Below, in pieces: positions 12,388-27,849 of a DNA stretch of 64,000 nucleotides. The stretch's first letter is position 1, and every line of letters starts with the position of its first letter. The position numbers and the translations under genes were made by a program. The notes under the pieces are model-generated. The model did not search any database, was not told where the DNA came from, and was given only the letters and a program-made list of their open reading frames with translations. The DNA comes from Chrysomallon squamiferum (lineage: Eukaryota > Animalia > Mollusca), in NCBI GenBank assembly GCA_012295275.1, contig CM022670.1, positions 1,116,001-1,180,000 on the forward strand, read 5' to 3'.

Positions 12388-13671
12388 TACACACAAACAC
12401 ACAAACACACCCACACACATACACTCTCGTAAAGACAGTGATCAGAAATGACTTGTATTATTTGACCTTTGTACATAGCGGTGAGTCAATATATTAATGT
12501 TGTATCGCGTAATTAATTTACTGGTCAGTCAGAAAATCAGAGTTGCAGGTTACAGTGTAATTATGAACTATAACTTGACTATTACAATGACGTTACAATG
12601 ACGTTATAATGAGTTTGAGTTTACAGTTTCTGACAAAGGCAACCTGTTGCAGCCACTCTGTAATAATTATTACTTCCTGTTAACAGCAGGAAACGTTACA
12701 ATTATGCAACCAATCCACAGACAGTTCGTTGGTCTTCAGATTTTGTGGATACTTCCTGGAACGGGATAAAGAATGGTGTGAATTACAGCAGTAAATATAA
12801 TGATTATGAAAATGATGATGGCGATAATCATTTTTTCTCATACACCTGTTGCATTACATACATTACTCCCAGAAAAAAAAAAAAAAAAAAAAAAAAACGA
12901 ATATAAAAGTAAAATAAAATGAATTGAAAATCTATACGAATACGTTAAACTGCGACATAAAACATCTTCAAAGCTTCCGACTTTACCCATTATTGATAGG
13001 AATTTTTATTACTCGTTTTTTTATTACTTCTTGTAAATATGCATGACTCGTCCCACATTATGGCCAATAAGAAGAAACAAAAAAGGATAAAAATGTGGAA
13101 ACAGAAATTTCAGTTATAATCGGTATTTTTTTTTTTTTTTTTTTTTGCTCTTCTGATTCAAGTCAAACGAAGACCTACTCTTGCCGAATTAACACAACTG
13201 AGAATGACTTTTGAGTTATGTTAACAAACACAGTCCCACGGGTCTTTCATTCTAGACGGCTATAAAATTGTTTCTGCTGTACACGAACTTTTATTGTTAT
13301 TGTTCTGTTATCAGTCAAACACAAGCGCAGCGTCTGAGGCGTTCACAGTTTTAATTAGTCCGTCCGTACAGAGTGTCTGTCGTTACACATTCCGTCCTTC
13401 ATCTACAAACGTCTGTTTGAGTGCTAACACTCTTTAATAATTCACTACTGGTAGCAAGTAAATAGTTTTCTTACTAGTTTTCGCTCTTTATTATGATTTC
13501 TATTCTTCTTTCCTTAATCATTTTCTTTCCTAATTTTTCTCTACATTCTTCTCTTTTTTCCCTATCTTCTGTCTGTCTTATAGCTTGTTGTTGTAGTAAA
13601 ATAAAATTATCGATATAGTCTTCTCTCTCTCTTTCCATACCTTTCACTGTTTTCTATCACTTTATCTCCCT

Positions 13672-13855
<184 letters not shown>

Positions 13856-15838
13856 ATATTTACTTAGCACAATGACCATGATTTCGCAAGCGGAGTTTTT
13901 AGTCAGATCAAATCTCCTTGTGGTACGTAATTTTCTGTCTTCTGAGAAAATCCATTTTAAGGACTTTCAGCTCTTATACTATTATTTCAAAATCATGTAT
14001 TTGTTATCCAGTAATTGTTAACATTATAATATAACATACATATAAGTCGTCAGGTTATATAATACTGGGACCTTTAATAAAAAAAAAAAAAACGGCTCTG
14101 TAATAGTTGAGATGTTTAAATCATCCTTGAACATATCATTTGAAATTCACAGGTATATTAGTGAAGAAGATAAACTCACATCAAGGAATGAAACACTTGT
14201 ACGTTCTCCTCGGATCAGCTGCCCACACTGCAGAAGTTTGAACCTCGGATGATGCAAAGACAAAAAGATCTTGTTAGTCCGAGCTGTGCCCTAATTCGAT
14301 CAGCTACAAAAATGGCAAAGAATCGTTCGGAAAGGACTGAGAAATAAATCGATATTTACCCACTGATAACGGTAGAAGGATTTAACAAAGCTTTTAATAG
14401 AATAAGTTTACTTAAAACTTGTTTTCATACAGCGAAAAAAAAGAAAAAAGAAGAAAAAAAATTAAGAAGAAGAAAAAAACTGCATAGAAAGTCCTCTCCA
14501 GACAACAGCAAAATGGATACGAAAAAAATTTAATAATGAAGCCGAAAGGGGCAAAGTGTAAATTTAATTACGCGACAATTATTAATCTGTTTAGTGCTTT
14601 AAACATTTTTGGTGGAAATTACTAATGGCGTTTGAAGCGAAAATGCTGTTGTCGGTGCAAAGTCTACAGTATTTATAGTGATAGGATCACCCAGCGAATG
14701 TTTAATGACACAAAAAAACTATCACATGGCAGTTAGTTGCAGGCTTTCGAAACTTGAATGAACGATGTAGAAAAACACGAAAACTTGAAACTCTTTGAAT
14801 GACTGTTTTCATTACGATCACATTTAAGAGTTGTCAGTGATAATTACGATTTGGATCACTGAATTTTTTTTTCTTGTCTTTTTTCATTCTTACTTTATAA
14901 AAGAAATGTAATTGCAGACGAGCGTTACACTGATTGGCTGAAACCAAAAATAAAATAATTTCAGAACAATTTCTTAAACCAGAAGCTAATTTTATTATTT
15001 GTAAATTTTAAAAAACCACAAAAAATAAACCCCCCAAAACCAAAAAAACAGCAACAAAAAAAAACAACAACAAAAAAACAGTATTATTTTAATTTACTGA
15101 ATGTAGCAGTGAAATGAAGTCTCGTTTTAAATCTTCGGATCAGTTTAACAAATGACTTCATTGTGACGTTATCAGTCGCTAACGAACCAGACATGATCAG
15201 AATGGAAAATCAAAACGGACATTTCTAAACAGAGGATTATGAATTACTGCTTCGTAGGAGTGGAGAATACTTCAGCTGTACAGTTACTTTGCGGTGAATG
15301 AAACTAAAGGAAATGTAAGACGAAAATTAACAGAAACATAAAAAATTTTAGTTGTAGCCATCGAAATTTTATTAGAAAGAAGGGAACATGAACAAAACAG
15401 AAATGTTTAAAAAAAAAAAAATTCTGGTATAAATCAAGTTCATTAATACAAAATCTTTTTGTATTTTTTTTTTCACTACCGGTTCCTAAAAGAATGTTCC
15501 TGTTCAGAAATGAGGGATTTAGATTTATCTGCTCTTGTTTTTACTGTGTCTTTTGTCAGTGTATTGCATGATCATTACAATTTATTTTCGTAATCTTCAT
15601 CTGCTCTGACATCTTTTCTTAATGTACCCACGTTTTCAGTCATCCATTACGAGGCATCGTGGAGGTATTTACTGGCAGTATTTCTGATCTATGTGGTTCT
15701 CAGCTTAGCTGTAAACAGAAGAATCTCTTTTGTCAAAGCGATTTTTTTATCTTCTTATTGCTGTCTTTTTAAATGCAGTGAATAACAAGAATGTTAATTT
15801 TTACTCGAAGATTGGCGTATATCTGCGCAAGCATGTGG

Positions 15839-15839
<1 letters not shown>

Positions 15840-15937
<98 letters not shown>

Positions 15938-16160
15938 ACCTCTCTGTCTTTTTCTCTCTATCTCTCTGTCTCTCTCTCACACACATGCACATGATGCAGC
16001 ACCGAATTTGTAGCAAGCCTATTAAATGTAATTTTCAAAAGTCTGTGCTTAGCTATTTGTGAATGTTTAGTATGTATGTGTATGTATGTATGTATGTTTG
16101 TATGTATGTATGTATGTATGTATGTATGTATGTATGTATGTATGTATGTATGTATGTATG
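15840..16160. repeat. (CT)n followed by (TATG)n microsatellites
   Basis: Read directly. Confidence 0.9.
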
Positions 16161-17608
16161 TGATTTGATTTGATTTCATAAAACATAACATGCTGCAAAC
16201 AGGTAGTTCTTTCAACCAAAACATTTGCCTTCTGAAGTACAAAGCGGTAAAAAAAAAAAAAAAAAAAATATTTTGAACATCTGTGCGATACCTGTGAACT
16301 TCAATCTATTTCGTTTGATGAAGAGAGAGAGAGCATTAACCAAGAACTAGATAAAAAAAAATTGCTTCAGCTTCCACAGGGAAAACGATGCCATTCCGAA
16401 ATGTCAAAGGTCAAAATGTAAGTCTACGTCTAGCTTCAACATGGCGGTCGCCAGACAGGAAATGGGTTAAGGCAGAAGAGATGTTAGCCTCGTTGTCGCA
16501 AGTCAATACAGATACTGAAAGACTTTGATCTCTGGGGGGGAAAGAAAAGGCATCAGAAACTTCCAGGCTCAGACGCAGTTTGGAAATCTTGTCGTAATTC
16601 CGAGTGTGAGTTGTGATAATCGAGTACAGCGGCTCGCTGACAATTTATCAAGTTTAGAGGCCGTGTTGGGACAGCAGCGATCGTTTTTAATCATCATGAA
16701 TATTTTAGGTTTTCTCTAACTACAGCGAGCAAGACGATAAAAATACATCACGGTAAGGCCAAGAGATGTCACAGGGTTTTGTGTGTGTGATCAATGAGCG
16801 AATCATTGTTTTAACGATTTCGAGTATTCGAGGTTGTGTGTGTAAATAACCAACCGTGTCACACCAGTGTGTTAACGTTAAACACTTCGAGGAGTCCGGG
16901 AAGAACAGAAGAAATTATTAATATGAGCTGGAGAGGCAGAAACTGAATGGGAAAGACATAAGAGAGAAATTTATACGGAGCTGGAGAAAGAGGCTGATAA
17001 GAAGCGAGATGAAGAGAAAGAAACAGAGATACGAGGATAAACTGACAGGATATAGATAGATTTACAGAAAAACAGAAGAGAGATTTATAAAGATGCATAG
17101 AATGAAAGAAAGAAAATAGGAAGTAAACAGACTGGCAGATAATCAAATCTACAGAATAAAGAAAAAATCAACAACAAACAACTGAAGGGTAGATGGATTG
17201 AAGGAAAAATAGGCAGTGACTGAAAACAATTTAAACTAACTGACAGAGAGAGACAGAGATAAAGAATGTATCAGAAAACGGACATAAAAAAGAGGGTAAA
17301 AAAGGTTTTGGAGACGTGTTGACAAATGAATCTCTCACTTAAAACAGAAGACTGAGCTGAAACCTGCGTCTGCGCAGCTGAGTGTGAAATAAGATTTGAG
17401 AGACTTTTACACGTGTCTGCTCATTATCAGCACTTCTACACAGCGATTCATCAGCTCTTCTCGTTTCTCTCCTCTCTCTATCTGTTTCTCTTTTTTTAAA
17501 CTAATTTAATTAAATTAATTTGTTTTTTTTCTTATCACTGTAAAGATCTACGCATCACGTACTGTGCAAATTTAGTGTGTAAATAATTACACATGTCTTG
17601 TTTCATTC

Positions 17609-17698
<90 letters not shown>

Positions 17699-18372
17699 GT
17701 CTGTCTGTCTTTCTCTTCGTCTCGTTCATCTCGCCAGCTCTGTATCTCTCGTCAGCTCTAAACCCTCACTTCTATAGCAGCAAAACCAGCCATATAATAA
17801 AATAAAACAATGCAACACGATATTCACACATCGTGATTTATAGTCTGTTAGTGTATTTCTGTCAAAACCTCCCAGTAATAATAAAGAGAGAACTGAAATG
17901 TTTTCAAAGTGAATCGTTTAACTGAGTATTTCACACGTTGCGGGAACAGTTTAATTAAAACTTGGTAGTTTAGGCAGAGTAATGTTTGCATGAACTGAAC
18001 TTAGGTCGGTTTTACTAGGATAAAATCTATATGATGAAAAGAAAAATTCATATAATCCGCAAAAATAAAAATAAAAATTTGACTAAAATAGAATGAAAAT
18101 CCCCAGCATCTACAAAATTATTTATAAAATAAATAAATAAATAAATAAAAAGAAATAAGAAAAAAGGGGGGAAAAATGCCAAAACTACAGAAAGAAAAAA
18201 AAAAAGAAAGAAAACAATAAGAAAACTCCAAAATAGAATAAATACAAAAAAAAAAAAATAAATAAAATAAAATAAAAATCAGCAAAGTGCCCCCAAACTT
18301 AATAACAAACAAAAAGTTAAACATTTGGTCTTACCCTTTCTCCCGAAGACCAGAAAAACCTTTTAACAAAAG

Positions 18373-18408
<36 letters not shown>

Positions 18409-18701
18409 GAGATAAAAAAGAAAATTTCAATTAAATACAGAACAGAACATCGTCATTCAGTTTTTTAAATCCAGGAATCAGTAAAAACAAAAAACAAAAA
18501 AAAACTAAACACTTTAGTAATTGATATTAATTAATGTATCTACATTTCGCCTATTAGTGTCAAATTGCACTGATCTTCAGATTTCACCAAAGTGATTAGT
18601 ATTAATGGATCGTGCGGCCATGAGCAGTTTTTTTTTTTTTTTTTTTTGTTTTGTTTTTTGGTTGACATTTATTAGAAGAAAAAAAGTACGTGTTTGTATG
18701 T

Positions 18702-18733
<32 letters not shown>

Positions 18734-20959
18734 TTGTGTGTGTGTGTATGTGTGTGTGTGTGTGGGTGGGTGTGTATTAGTCTGTTTACTTCAATTATTG
18801 CATCAGTTTTGTTTCTCTTGCAATCATTATAAATAAAGTATGTATTTGAATCAAGAACTTTAATACCTACAGTAGATTTTGACAATGAAGAAACAAAACA
18901 GTGGCTGGGAGATATACGAAATATATCACACCTGTTTGATCACGCTGTGATTCGTACACGTTCAGATAAATTAGGAACTTTTCCATTGCTTGAACAACTA
19001 GCAACATGAAAACAGCGGGAATCGTTCACATGACCACAGTAACACGGCAAACTGGCTGAGAAAACAGAAAATAAATTTCAGATCTGCATCACCTGTATGA
19101 AGTTATACAGCGAATGTAATTGACTTAATTTATTCTACCGGAATGTTTTTTTTTGTTTGTTTTTTTTTAAAAAGAAAGAAAGAAAGAAAGGAGAAAAAGG
19201 CGGCTGGAAAAAATCCTGAAAATAGAAATTAAATATTTTATTATCAAGTACATTTAGTTTTCTTTGAAATATTAATTTGTCCCAGTCAGCATCGATTACA
19301 GTGTGAAGTTTATTTTCATTTAATTGTTTACAAATGCAAGTTTAAATAAAAACATTCGGTTAATGTTTATGGCTTCCAGCTTTTCCACGCCCTGCCAAGG
19401 AACAGGTTGTAACTCAGTGCTAGATATCTTCCATGTCAAGCAGCAGGTCGATAGCTCTAAACTCGCCAGGTGCTGATCTGGTTAATTCCCGGTAAGACAT
19501 CACAAAATGAACATTTCTTCGTTTCATTCATTATCAGTCAGAATTTTCCTACATTCACTAATTTGCGGTGTTAAAACAGATTAAAAAATTTTGTTTTAAT
19601 AACTTTATTACACGCACTGTCAACATGGAAATCAGTTCGTCATCAAAAAATCCACTGAATGTTTCCATCAGTAGCATTTAATCTTGTACGTGTACTTCAT
19701 CCAAAAGTACATCAAAATTAAATTATTGTGAAGTGCTAGTCTTTAACACTGGTTGGAACGGGAAATTACCTAATAGATCACTAACGGGGAGAAAATCAAA
19801 ATTGATCTCAATTGCTTTATTCTATCACCCATACTTTGGCCTTCTTAGAACTTTTTACTCACACGCTGATCTGTAAAATTTTACAGACGGAGCCGAATCG
19901 TTAATTTAATACGCCTGGCGTTAATAATTAGTATTTTGTCTCAACTGTCTGGCTAGAACTGTTGTTGTCGTTGTCCAGACTGTGGCCGGCAGCAGCTCAA
20001 GGCTGTTGGTCCGCTTAACGACGCAGACCTGTTATTTCACACTGTTACAACGTGATGCTTAACGTCTGCGCCTTAAACCTGGATTTAGTGTTTTAAACTT
20101 AGACTCGTGTTGGGTTTCCTGACCTGATCTTTTTTTTTCTTCTTGATATCCAGGAAGAGGTTTCATGACATGCACTTGTCTTAAGATATGAACTTACAGC
20201 TAATACGTATGCGTTATAATAATCCATCCAGGTTATTTATATTTTCTCTTATTGTTAAATATACTGGAGACTAACGTTGGTGAAGTATGAAACTAATACA
20301 AGAGGAAGGCGAAGGCTGTCATTTCTCTTACTACGTGACAGAAAACACGACGAAAAGTTGCTGATAGAAACTGAGAGCTGTGCACAGGAAATGAGGTGGA
20401 GAGAAATGGTAAATTTGTCAATGATTTACTCATCATTGCTGAGCGGCTTGAAATCAGGGACACTCGTAAACAGTCTTCATCGTCTTCGTCACCCACAAAT
20501 GATATTTTTCTTTCCTTCTGTCTCTTGCAGCAAGCGAAAGAAATGCCTGTCTGTTATTTTACGTCATTTCCTTCCCGTGTGTTCGGGCAAAAACATTAAC
20601 CAGTTCGATTATTTGCATGGAATCATTTTTTTTTCTGTCATGAGCAAAATATAAAAACTTTCTAAACTAGTTTTAAAAAAAAATGTTTAGGCCTAAAATG
20701 TTCCGTGTTGACATCTACTGATTCCATCTGTTTAAACATCAGTTATAGATCGGCTTCTATGAAGAAACCATTGTATTCACGCCAGTGGAAAATGAGATCG
20801 AATTCCGTAATTTCAGTATCAGTTACATCTGTTATGTTCAGTATGAGATGTAAAGATATCTCCGACTTTTTTCCAATAATCCAGTCCTCTACATGGCAGC
20901 AATAGATACAAAGCTGTTTCTTTTTTCCAGCCAATATATAGAAGGTTTTGTTTTGGGTT

Positions 20960-21124
20960 TTTTTTTTTTCCAGTCGCTGACTATAAGATTGTTTTTTTCT
21001 TAGTCGCTGGCTTCAAAGCTGTTTTTTTTTTTTTCCAGTCGCTGACTATAAGATTGTTTTTTCTTAGTCGCTGGCTTCAAAGCTGTTTTTTTCCCCCAGT
21101 TGCTGACTCTAAGATTGTGTTTTC
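20960..21124. repeat. Minisatellite with two alternating related subunits (ABABA)
   Basis: A = ccagtcgctgactataagattg(t)n, B = cttagtcgctggcttcaaagctg(t)n. Confidence 0.85.
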
Positions 21125-22015
21125 GAAATGGGTTTATTACAAACATATTACAGTCTTGAACATTAATGGTATAAATTAGAATGTATTTAAAACAGGTGGT
21201 CACCAGCGGTTTTAAAACTTTACAAGCTTAGACTCTGTATTTAAAAATCTTATTCACCGACTTCATAAAAAAGTTAACTGATCAAATGCGATATCTCACT
21301 GTGTTAAGATTCTACATGTCAACACCTTTAACATGCAGAGTTAATCAAATTTTACAAGATCAGAGCCTTATTCACTGAGTTACAAAACCTTTATGCCAGA
21401 TTCCAGTATCGAACAACCACATACACTTAAAGCGGTAGTTAGTATCTTGAAATCGTATCATCAGCTCTAAATTCATCTTTGACCGGGGTTTAACCCGTAC
21501 AATTAACGATCTAAAGAAAATTAAGCTAAGGCAGTTTAAATTGTGTACAAGGCATTAGGTTTACTTAGTCAGCAGTATGATCATTTTCAATTACACTCTA
21601 TTTTTCCTAGTGGTCAAGGATTTCACGTCATTTTGTTTACATTGAACTGGTACTATTGTAAGGACAGATTCATCTTTTCACGAGTATAATTATACAAATT
21701 ATCTGTTAACAGAAAAAATAGTGATTGAAATCTCATGATGGAAGAGTTGCCAAATATTATTATTATTATTTTTTTTTTCAACATTTGCAGGATTCATGAA
21801 TAATAAATACCTTAAATAGATTTTTCTTAAGTGATTCGATAGCTAGTATGTTCAAAACACTGAAGTGATGCTATGATGTTTGAGGTTTCCAACGTATCAA
21901 GAAGGGAAATAAACTTGATTTAAATACACTTGAAGATATTTTAATATTAAAGGCCAGCAGGTATCAAATAGTGATGATGTGAGTAAGAAAACTTGTTTTC
22001 ACCTTATTGTTTATC

Positions 22016-22051
<36 letters not shown>

Positions 22052-22056
22052 TAAAA

Positions 22057-22093
<37 letters not shown>

Positions 22094-22228
22094 ATCATTC
22101 GGGGTTGACAGAAAGGAAAAATAGGCGCCAAAGAAGATTTGATGTTGGCTTTCTCATAGTAGTATCAAATATCATTTCACTAACTTCAGTCATTATTATC
22201 TTCTTAATCGTTGTCATTATTATTATTG

Positions 22229-22269
<41 letters not shown>

Positions 22270-22835
22270 GTTATTATTGTTGTTGTTGTTACTGTTATTG
22301 TCATGTGATTACATACAACAGTTTCTTTATAAGCATCATCATAAACTTACAGCACATATTACTACGTGTGATCAGCCAATTTTTGTGCACTGGCATGAAA
22401 GGGAATTAGCTTTATTAGATCACCTAAGAGGATTGAAACTGCGACCAGTAACAGCTTATGCCTGCACACAACAAAGAAGTATATATCCGCTTGAAAATGA
22501 TTTCGAATTCACGTATCTGACGAATTCCGCGAGATATAAACGATAGCGAGATAGTGCTGATTCGGGATAAAGATTAATGTAGATTTAATTTGACGGTTTT
22601 GTCTCGGGGTGAATCTCTGGTCAGAAACTTTCCTTCGAACAAGCTGAGGACAATTTGACAGATTAATGTAAACAGATTTGCTTGATCTGCGTGGTGAAAA
22701 TGTGACATAAGTCAGAGGCGGAACCAAAATTTCATAAATGGGCAGAGCTTCATCTTTGTGACGGAATATAACTATATCTGTATCTGTGTGTATGTGTATG
22801 TGTATGTGTGTATGTGCATGTGTATGTGTATATGA

Positions 22836-22959
22836 TTGTGCTTGTCTCTGTATATGTACGTATTTATTTGTATTAAATAAAAAATAGTGATTGACAAACA
22901 GAGTGGATTACTAATAACATCTGCAATTTCTCCTCCACAGTACAGGATCAAAACAAAAT
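22836..22959 (+). repeat. ~125-bp direct repeat, copy 1 (copy 2 at 25352-25477)
   Basis: ttgtgcttgtctctgtatatgtac...tttatttgtattaaataaaaaata.tgattgacaaacagagtgga...acatctgcaatttct.ctccacagtacaggatc shared by both copies. Confidence 0.85.
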
Positions 22960-23229
22960 TTGGACTCGTGGTTCTTGGTATGGTTTCAGAATCGGTTCTA
23001 ATCAAGAATCAGTTTGTGGTAGGTGAAAGATTGGTCGTCAAGATACACTCACTTGTACTTAGTGAAATCATTTTCAGTTTTTATTACTGGATTTCTCTGA
23101 TCTGTCGCAGTCTGGCGACATTTCAGCATTTGTCATCCTAATCAGTGAAGTTTATTTGATTCAGTACACGTAAACAAATCAAATATGGTAATTGTCTTTG
23201 TTTTTCTGTCTCTGACAGAGTGAGAAAGA

Positions 23230-23376
<147 letters not shown>

Positions 23377-25351
23377 AACAAAAAAAACTACCCTTTTTTT
23401 TTAATTATTAAATGTTCAAAACAAATATTTGGTGGACATAACATTATTTAACAGAAGAGAATAACAAACATGGATTTTCTCACCACTAGAACCAAGTGTA
23501 AATGAAAGAAAATCCAACTCATTATATTAACAGTTACAAGTGTCAAACGTCTGATTTCTCTGTGTAACTGACAGAAAAGAAAACGTCTGCGGCCAATACA
23601 CTTTCATACATAAAGAAAAAAAAAATCAAAACCTTTGATACACGGGCCATGGGGAAAACGTGGAGAAAAAAACAAAACAGAGCCAGCAACAATGAAACAA
23701 GAGAAGGGTCGATCCTGCTACCTTCCATCACAAGCGAAAGTTTTAACCACAGATCTACAGCATTCACCCTTTTACTAAGCACACACCAAACACCAAATGT
23801 GTGTCTAGAAATAATAATACCCAGCTTGGTGCGATAACTAACTCTGTAAATTATTTTTTTCTCACTAAGTTTCATGCTGAGCTTTTTCGCTCTGGAATTC
23901 TTTTAACCAGGTACAAATGTGGTACCGTGGAGATGAGAAATACCAGATCAAATGTCGAAGTAGGATAAAAACGGTGTACATGTATTTTTATAAACCACAT
24001 ACAAACATGTTCTTTCATATGAAGAGTTGAAGAGTTGAAGAGGATAACAGTTGGCAAACAGGAGTAACAGAAATAATGTCTTCTGTAGCATTGTTTAGAG
24101 TGATCGGCATAAAATCTATCTTTCTCTATTATCAGAGCAATAAGAATACTACCAGGCCATGTACAGGGATTCAGTCTTCTCGGGTTATTAATTCGTTTTC
24201 GTATTTAGTTATGCAGCTAAATATGGTGTAATTCAGTATTTTATGAAAGTGATGAATTTAAAAAGTATTTTGGTGTAAAAACTTCATGATTATTCTTATA
24301 AGAAAACTAAGATTCAAAGCTAAAATAACACTTAGAGTCTGATTGCAGTTGGAATGATTAATTCATTCCTTTCTGCCTGCCAGTACATATGTTTGTATAT
24401 CTGTTTGTCTGTACATACTTATGTACATGTGTATATATGTGTGTATGTAGATGATAATGTATGTTTGTCTGAAGGTGTGTATGGATATGTCTGTTTGTTT
24501 GATATTTATTAAGACAGCTGAATTATATTAAGAATAAATCTACAGACACCTGGTATTATCATGTAAGTTCCAACCGCGTGTTTGAGGTCAAGGTCATTAA
24601 ATCGTATTCAGTTAAGAAAATTAAATTCACTGCAACACAAACGAAACCAGACCAAGAAACATGATTTATTTCTACGTAAAGCGAATCCCTGGTAGCTAGC
24701 ACAAATTAACCCAGTCTGAAATGACACTATGTGTAGAAGAAGACGGAAATTTTATATCTAGAAGTTCATCGACCATTTTAGGTATACTGTTGTTTGACCG
24801 GATGCCGTACAATGATCCACACGATCATGTGAACGGTCAGCATGAATCACGAAATGAACTGAAGAGGACTGTACACGATACACCACAAATAAACCCAGCA
24901 GTGTTAAATGTTATCCAGATCTTGTGAATCTTTTGAAAATGAAACAGAACATTTTGTATTAAAGTCTATCTTACATATTATATATAAACAACAGTTTATA
25001 AATCTTAAAGTTTTGAAATCTTTAAGTTCACGTCCAGTGATTTATCTACTTATCTTTTTCCAGTTTCTTACCAGACTTAAAAAAATAAATAATAAAGTTG
25101 AACCACGACATAACAGGGGGAAAAAAAAAGGATAGAAAAAAGAAATATATTCTATGTTAACATAACCATGTTATTAAAAAGATACATACATAAAAAACCA
25201 GACAAATGGAAAGAAAGATGGGAAGGTGAAAAGACCGCTGCAGAAAGGCAGCTATTTAGATCTCGATAAATAGCTGGAGAGAGAGAGAGAGAGAAACAAT
25301 GATAAAAAGAAAATTAGAGTGAGAGACACACATATGTGTATCTGCATGTGT

Positions 25352-25477
25352 TTGTGCTTGTCTCTGTATATGTACATGTTTATTTGTATTAAATAAAAAA
25401 TACTGATTGACAAACAGAGTGGACCGATAAACAAACATCTGCAATTTCTTCTCCACAGTACAGGATCTGAACAAAAT
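25352..25477 (+). repeat. ~125-bp direct repeat, copy 2
   Basis: Aligns by eye with 22836-22959. Confidence 0.85.
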
Positions 25478-25503
25478 ATAAACACATACATACACATACA
25501 CGC

Positions 25504-25650
<147 letters not shown>

Positions 25651-26839
25651 GTTATATTTTGAAAATATGTAATTCAGTTGAACACTAAGTTTAATGTTGA
25701 ATGTTCGTTGAAAATATTAGTTTTATAGTACACTGTGTTTATGGATGAAAGATGTTTAACAACGTTTACTACTACTATTACTACTACTACTACTATTACT
25801 CCTACTACAATTACTGTTACTACATAATAATAATAACAAATAATAATAATAATAATAATTGATGATAAGGATAATGATAATAAATAATAATAATGGTTAA
25901 GTAACGAGATAGTAAATATGAATATAAAATATCTCGATATAATCAAGATTTTACATAGTTGATTAGTTATTCAAGTAAACAGACATTTTGAAAATATCGA
26001 ATCATATTAATTGTTTAGAATAATCTATGGATGTACAAGTTAATAAACATGGTTGATTAGTATTACAGGTGAACAGCCTACCTTGAGAATAATGAATAAT
26101 AATATAAATATTATATATATATATATATGTATGTCTGTATGTATGTATGTATGTGTGTGTGTATATATGTCCGTATGTATGGATGGATATAAACATTACT
26201 TACAATGGTTGATTAATAATACATATAAACACCTTAAAAATATCGTATCACTGTATATAGTTATAAATGTTGTATATGAAGTAATATATGAAGATGATAA
26301 ACAGATGATTCTACCGAAGAGAAACATTAGTTCAATACGAAACAGTCTCATACCAAACATTAATAAAATAAATAAAATAAAATAGATTAAATAAATAAAT
26401 AAACAATAATAATAATAATTATTATTATTATGTGAAAAAAAAAAAAAAAATAACCAGTATTAAAAATATGGCTGAGTTATTAATTATACAGGTAAGTACA
26501 TACCTTCCTTCAAAGAATCAAATTATAATAATTATACATAACTATGCATTATTTAAAGTGATAGATTAATAATACAAATAAACTTAAAAATTAATATACA
26601 CAGCATTTAGGGTTTTTGGGTTGTTTTTTTTTGGATACTAAAAACATTTAACTTGATTATTTAGTAAAACAGGTAAATATTTATGGGTATATGTGATACA
26701 CATTTATCGATATAAATAATATTTAACTTCATTACTTAGTAAGACACGCACATTTCTTAACTTGAATTTAAAAAATGCACACATCCGTATAAATAATATT
26801 AATTAATAAATAACAATACAGGTAAAAAACACAACTTAC

Positions 26840-27281
26840 CTTGAAAATATCTAATCATAATGCACATTGTTTCTCCGAAGATGAAGTTTTTCAGGAGGAG
26901 GGGGATGAGGGTGAAGGGCATACAGAAGACGGCAAGGAGGAGGTCGCTGAGGGAGAGGTTGAGGAGGAACACGTTGGTCACTGTCCTCATCTTCTTGTTC
27001 TGGATGATGGTGATGATGACGAGGATGTTTCCGACAAGCGACAAGAGAAAAATTACGACGTACATGGGAATCTGAATGTCCATGCCCATTTCTCGGGACG
27101 TTCCGCTTTTTGTTACATTGTCTGTCGTGTTCAAAGCCGACGACGACGTCATTGTCGTGATCACATCAGTCTTGAAGAAGACGCTGATGACGTCCGTCGT
27201 GTTGACGGCGAAGTTGCACGCAGTTGTTGATGTATCGTTCGCTGTCGTGTTTCCGCAGCTCACGTTATATCGTTCTGCCAT
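26840..27281 (-). CDS. CCKR: Coding exon 1 of CCK/sulfakinin-type neuropeptide GPCR (N-terminus, TM1, TM2, start of TM3)
   Basis: ATG at 27281 in context AAACAATGG. Translation MAERYNVSCG...IPMYVVIFLLSLVGNILVIITIIQNKKMRTVTNVFLLNLSLSDLLLAVFCMPFTLIPLLLKNFIFGETMCIMIRYFQ(G) has the TM1 GN and TM2 LxxxD motifs plus the CCK-receptor-typical MRTVTNxFLL...CMPFTL...FIFG. Ends at donor CAAG|GTAAGT, phase 1 (442 nt). Confidence 0.95.
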
Positions 27282-27849
27282 TGTTTAGAATCAAACGTTA
27301 TTTTTACTTTCCAACATGAAAATGTGAATGATTCCTTTAAGAAAGAAACAGAAAATTGGTTCAGTTTATATTCTACTGAAAGTCCTACTGAAAGTCCTAA
27401 TGCAAGTCATTTACGCCAGTATTGTCATTATGCCAGTAATAACCACACATTACCAAATGTCATTAAATCAGTTTTGATTGAAACAGACTTTTACAAATAA
27501 AATTACACAAACATTTCTTTAGAATTCTTTAAGCATTTCCGACTGTTGTAAGTAAGAAGTGTATAAGGTAAGAAATGTCAATATTTCATTCGTCTTTCTA
27601 AGACACCAGCCACCTTTTGTTTTAGTCTAAATCTACAAATAAAAACGACCGAGCTTTATATATATATATTACAAATATAAATCCAATATATTCCACAGAT
27701 CAAATACCCAAAACAGAGACGGCATAAAATCTACTTAATTCTTTCCCTTTCTGCTATTAGCAATAACAAAAATTCTACACACACTGGAGTTTTGTGCAGT
27801 AAAGAGGTGATCAGTATGTAACCAAGTGACGCCCTCTGCGAGGCTAATT

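Noticed and set aside
20277-20934. Cluster of short ORFs of ordinary composition in intron 1
   Set aside because: No recognisable domain, overlapping on both strands, no consistent exon structure; BLASTX would be decisive.
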